Shown here piece by piece: positions 62,399 to 64,000 of a stretch of 64,000 bases of DNA. Numbering within the stretch: position 1 is the first letter of the stretch; every line of letters starts with the position of its first letter. The notes under the pieces were generated by a model. The model saw only the letters and a program-made list of their open reading frames with translations. It was not told the origin of the DNA and did no database searches. The translations under genes and the position numbers were made by a program. The stretch lies in NCBI GenBank assembly GCA_002104905.1, contig MCFE01000159.1:62001-126000 (forward strand), given 5' to 3'. This stretch comes from Basidiobolus meristosporus CBS 931.73. Lineage: Eukaryota; Fungi; Basidiobolomycota.

Positions 62399-63481
62399 TC
62401 AGTATCTCCCGCCCTCGCGAAAGACCTGCCTCCACTTTTCGACAATGTAGTCTCCAAAGGCTGGCAGTGTTTCCACCCCTTTCCCGGCAGAGGCAGAATG
62501 GTCACTGTTTCGTTGATTGTTGAATAGACTGTAGTCTTGCGCGGTATCCCCGTTCAGGATGGGGATTTCTGCATCGTAGCTTGGATAGAAGAAGAAAACC
62601 ATGGAGTAGCGCTCCTCTTGGGCTAAACTCACCCTGTGCAGAGGACTGATATAACGACCTTGCGTTAACAAGGACATGTAATCCCCGCAATTGACAAATA
62701 TAGTTTGTGGTTTGGTAGGAACCTCATGCCAGGCATTATCCTGGAACACCTCCAACCCGGGCACCATGGTTGGTTGTAAAATAAGAGTCAGAAAGCCCCA
62801 GTCGGTGTGCGGTGAAGAGCCAATGCGCTCTTTGGTAGTATCATCCGATTTGAAGGAGCTCTTGAAGTAGTGAAACAGGCGCAACAAGGAGATTTCGTTG
62901 GAGCCCTTGCAGTACTGTTCGAAGTAATCTTCTGGCTGGCCTAGTGACAATGAGAGGCCTCGAGATAACACATGGGATATCTCGCACATCCCATCGTAAA
63001 ACTCGTGCAGGACATTTTTCCACTTCTCGCGGTCGACATCGCTTTCACCTACAGCTTTGGCTACAGCTGAATCCAACTTGCAGAGTGTATCAGATGGGGG
63101 CCATTCGTTGTTACCCTGCAGTCCATTATCAGGCGTCCGGCCCTCTGGCCAGTTGTACCCATAAGAGAAGGCTTCCTTTACCTCCAACCTCTCGCTTCCG
63201 CTCTCTCCGCCAAATGGGATGTAGCCTCTCGTAAAGCCTCCAGGCTTGATCAGGGGTAGCCGGTCTTTCTCTGACCTCTCCAGCTCGAACAGAGCCCTTG
63301 CTGCGGCGAGAATTCCGCCAGGGTTAAAGGTCGGATGGCTCAGACTGGTAATGTAAAATGCCCCATAAGTCTCTGCTGCTTGACGAAGCTGCTCGGCAAC
63401 TGACTGCTTCGCTTCCTCCTTCTGGTTGAGCAGTAGGGGGGTGATATCAATGGTAGGCAAATCCAACTTTTTGGCCTGCAT
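62399..63481 (-). CDS. 2-oxoglutarate/Fe(II)-dependent oxygenase (isopenicillin N synthase/DIOX family), intronless
   Basis: N-terminal LPTIDITPL...GAFYI, facial triad PHTDWGFLTLILQ...SPLHRV and RYS 2OG-binding motif; first ATG at 63481. Confidence 0.92.
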   Translation of the reverse strand: MQAKKLDLPTIDITPLLLNQKEEAKQSVAEQLRQAAETYGAFYITSLSHPTFNPGGILAAARALFELERSEKDRLPLIKPGGFTRGYIPFGGESGSERLEVKEAFSYGYNWPEGRTPDNGLQGNNEWPPSDTLCKLDSAVAKAVGESDVDREKWKNVLHEFYDGMCEISHVLSRGLSLSLGQPEDYFEQYCKGSNEISLLRLFHYFKSSFKSDDTTKERIGSSPHTDWGFLTLILQPTMVPGLEVFQDNAWHEVPTKPQTIFVNCGDYMSLLTQGRYISPLHRVSLAQEERYSMVFFFYPSYDAEIPILNGDTAQDYSLFNNQRNSDHSASAGKGVETLPAFGDYIVEKWRQVFREGGRY

Positions 63482-64000
63482 CTCCAGTTTGAAGGGCTTA
63501 GACAAGCGGAAGGGCCAATTTATTTGCTATGATATAGCGAGAGTATTTTGTCGGACAGGCCTCTGATTGGCCAGCATCATGAGAGCAACCCATCACATCG
63601 GGTTATGGGAAAATCTGGAGAATTTGGATTGACGATTTGCGCCTGGAGGCGCACTCATGCACTCAGCAATCATTTGGTGGAAACTACGCCTCATATGGGA
63701 AGAATTAGCGAGATCTGGCAATTGTCGAACAATATGAAACCCACCTGAAGTCATAGTTCAGATAGATTCATGGCGTTAGTTTTGGACGAGGTAGTTACGT
63801 TCACATCCTATTTGGACAGGGTGGGAAGCTTTCCACACGCAATAAATGTGCGTCTGCGAACAAGTGGCCCCAGGTGGTCAGGTGCCGAATTAGTTTGTGC
63901 GTCTGGATGGAGCCCAACAGGCTGTTCTATATAACCGCAGAGTTCAAGGTGAGCGGGGCTCTGTCTCCCATTATCCGCTACATGGATTCGAAAAATCAAG

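Noticed and set aside
24563-63481. Possible purine/nitrogen catabolism cluster (allantoicase, MOSC protein, 2OG oxygenase)
   Set aside because: The genes are about 18-19 kb apart and separated by unrelated housekeeping genes; no evidence of clustering.

Overview
Gene-dense stretch of an intron-rich fungal genome with short (about 50-100 nt) spliceosomal introns. An AT-AC minor-spliceosome intron and the overall gene set point to an early-diverging (non-Dikarya) fungus; a Basidiobolus-like zoopagomycete is my inference, not something the sequence proves. About 20 protein-coding genes were rebuilt by hand from ORF fragments and splice sites. Housekeeping genes: KASH5/Kms1-like EF-hand coiled-coil protein (runs off the left edge), GRAM-TBC Rab-GAP, Csm3/Swi3, Aco2-type aconitase, allantoicase, Pif1 helicase, Tea4/Bud14-like SH3 protein, Pcl-type cyclin, MOSC protein, MIT-RasGEF, class IV chitin synthase, PP2A catalytic subunit and a 2OG-Fe(II) oxygenase. 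Orphan or accessory genes: Mid2-like single-pass sensor, secreted twin 8-Cys protein, Q/N/G/Y prion-like protein, secreted G/Y/R/P-rich protein, PL14 lyase and a 7TM protein. Two CpG-depleted transposon islands lie at about 11.4-16.6 kb (a pile-up of Copia LTRs and fragments) and about 50.8-53.1 kb. Most notable: (1) a textbook U12-type AT-AC intron splitting the transmembrane helix of the Mid2-like gene, (2) a Copia remnant whose RT-RNaseH sits between two inverted, about 97% identical LTRs, (3) a secreted tandem disulfide-ladder peptide precursor, and (4) a nonapeptide-repeat prion-like protein. All exon boundaries and counts are manual; no database searches were run.
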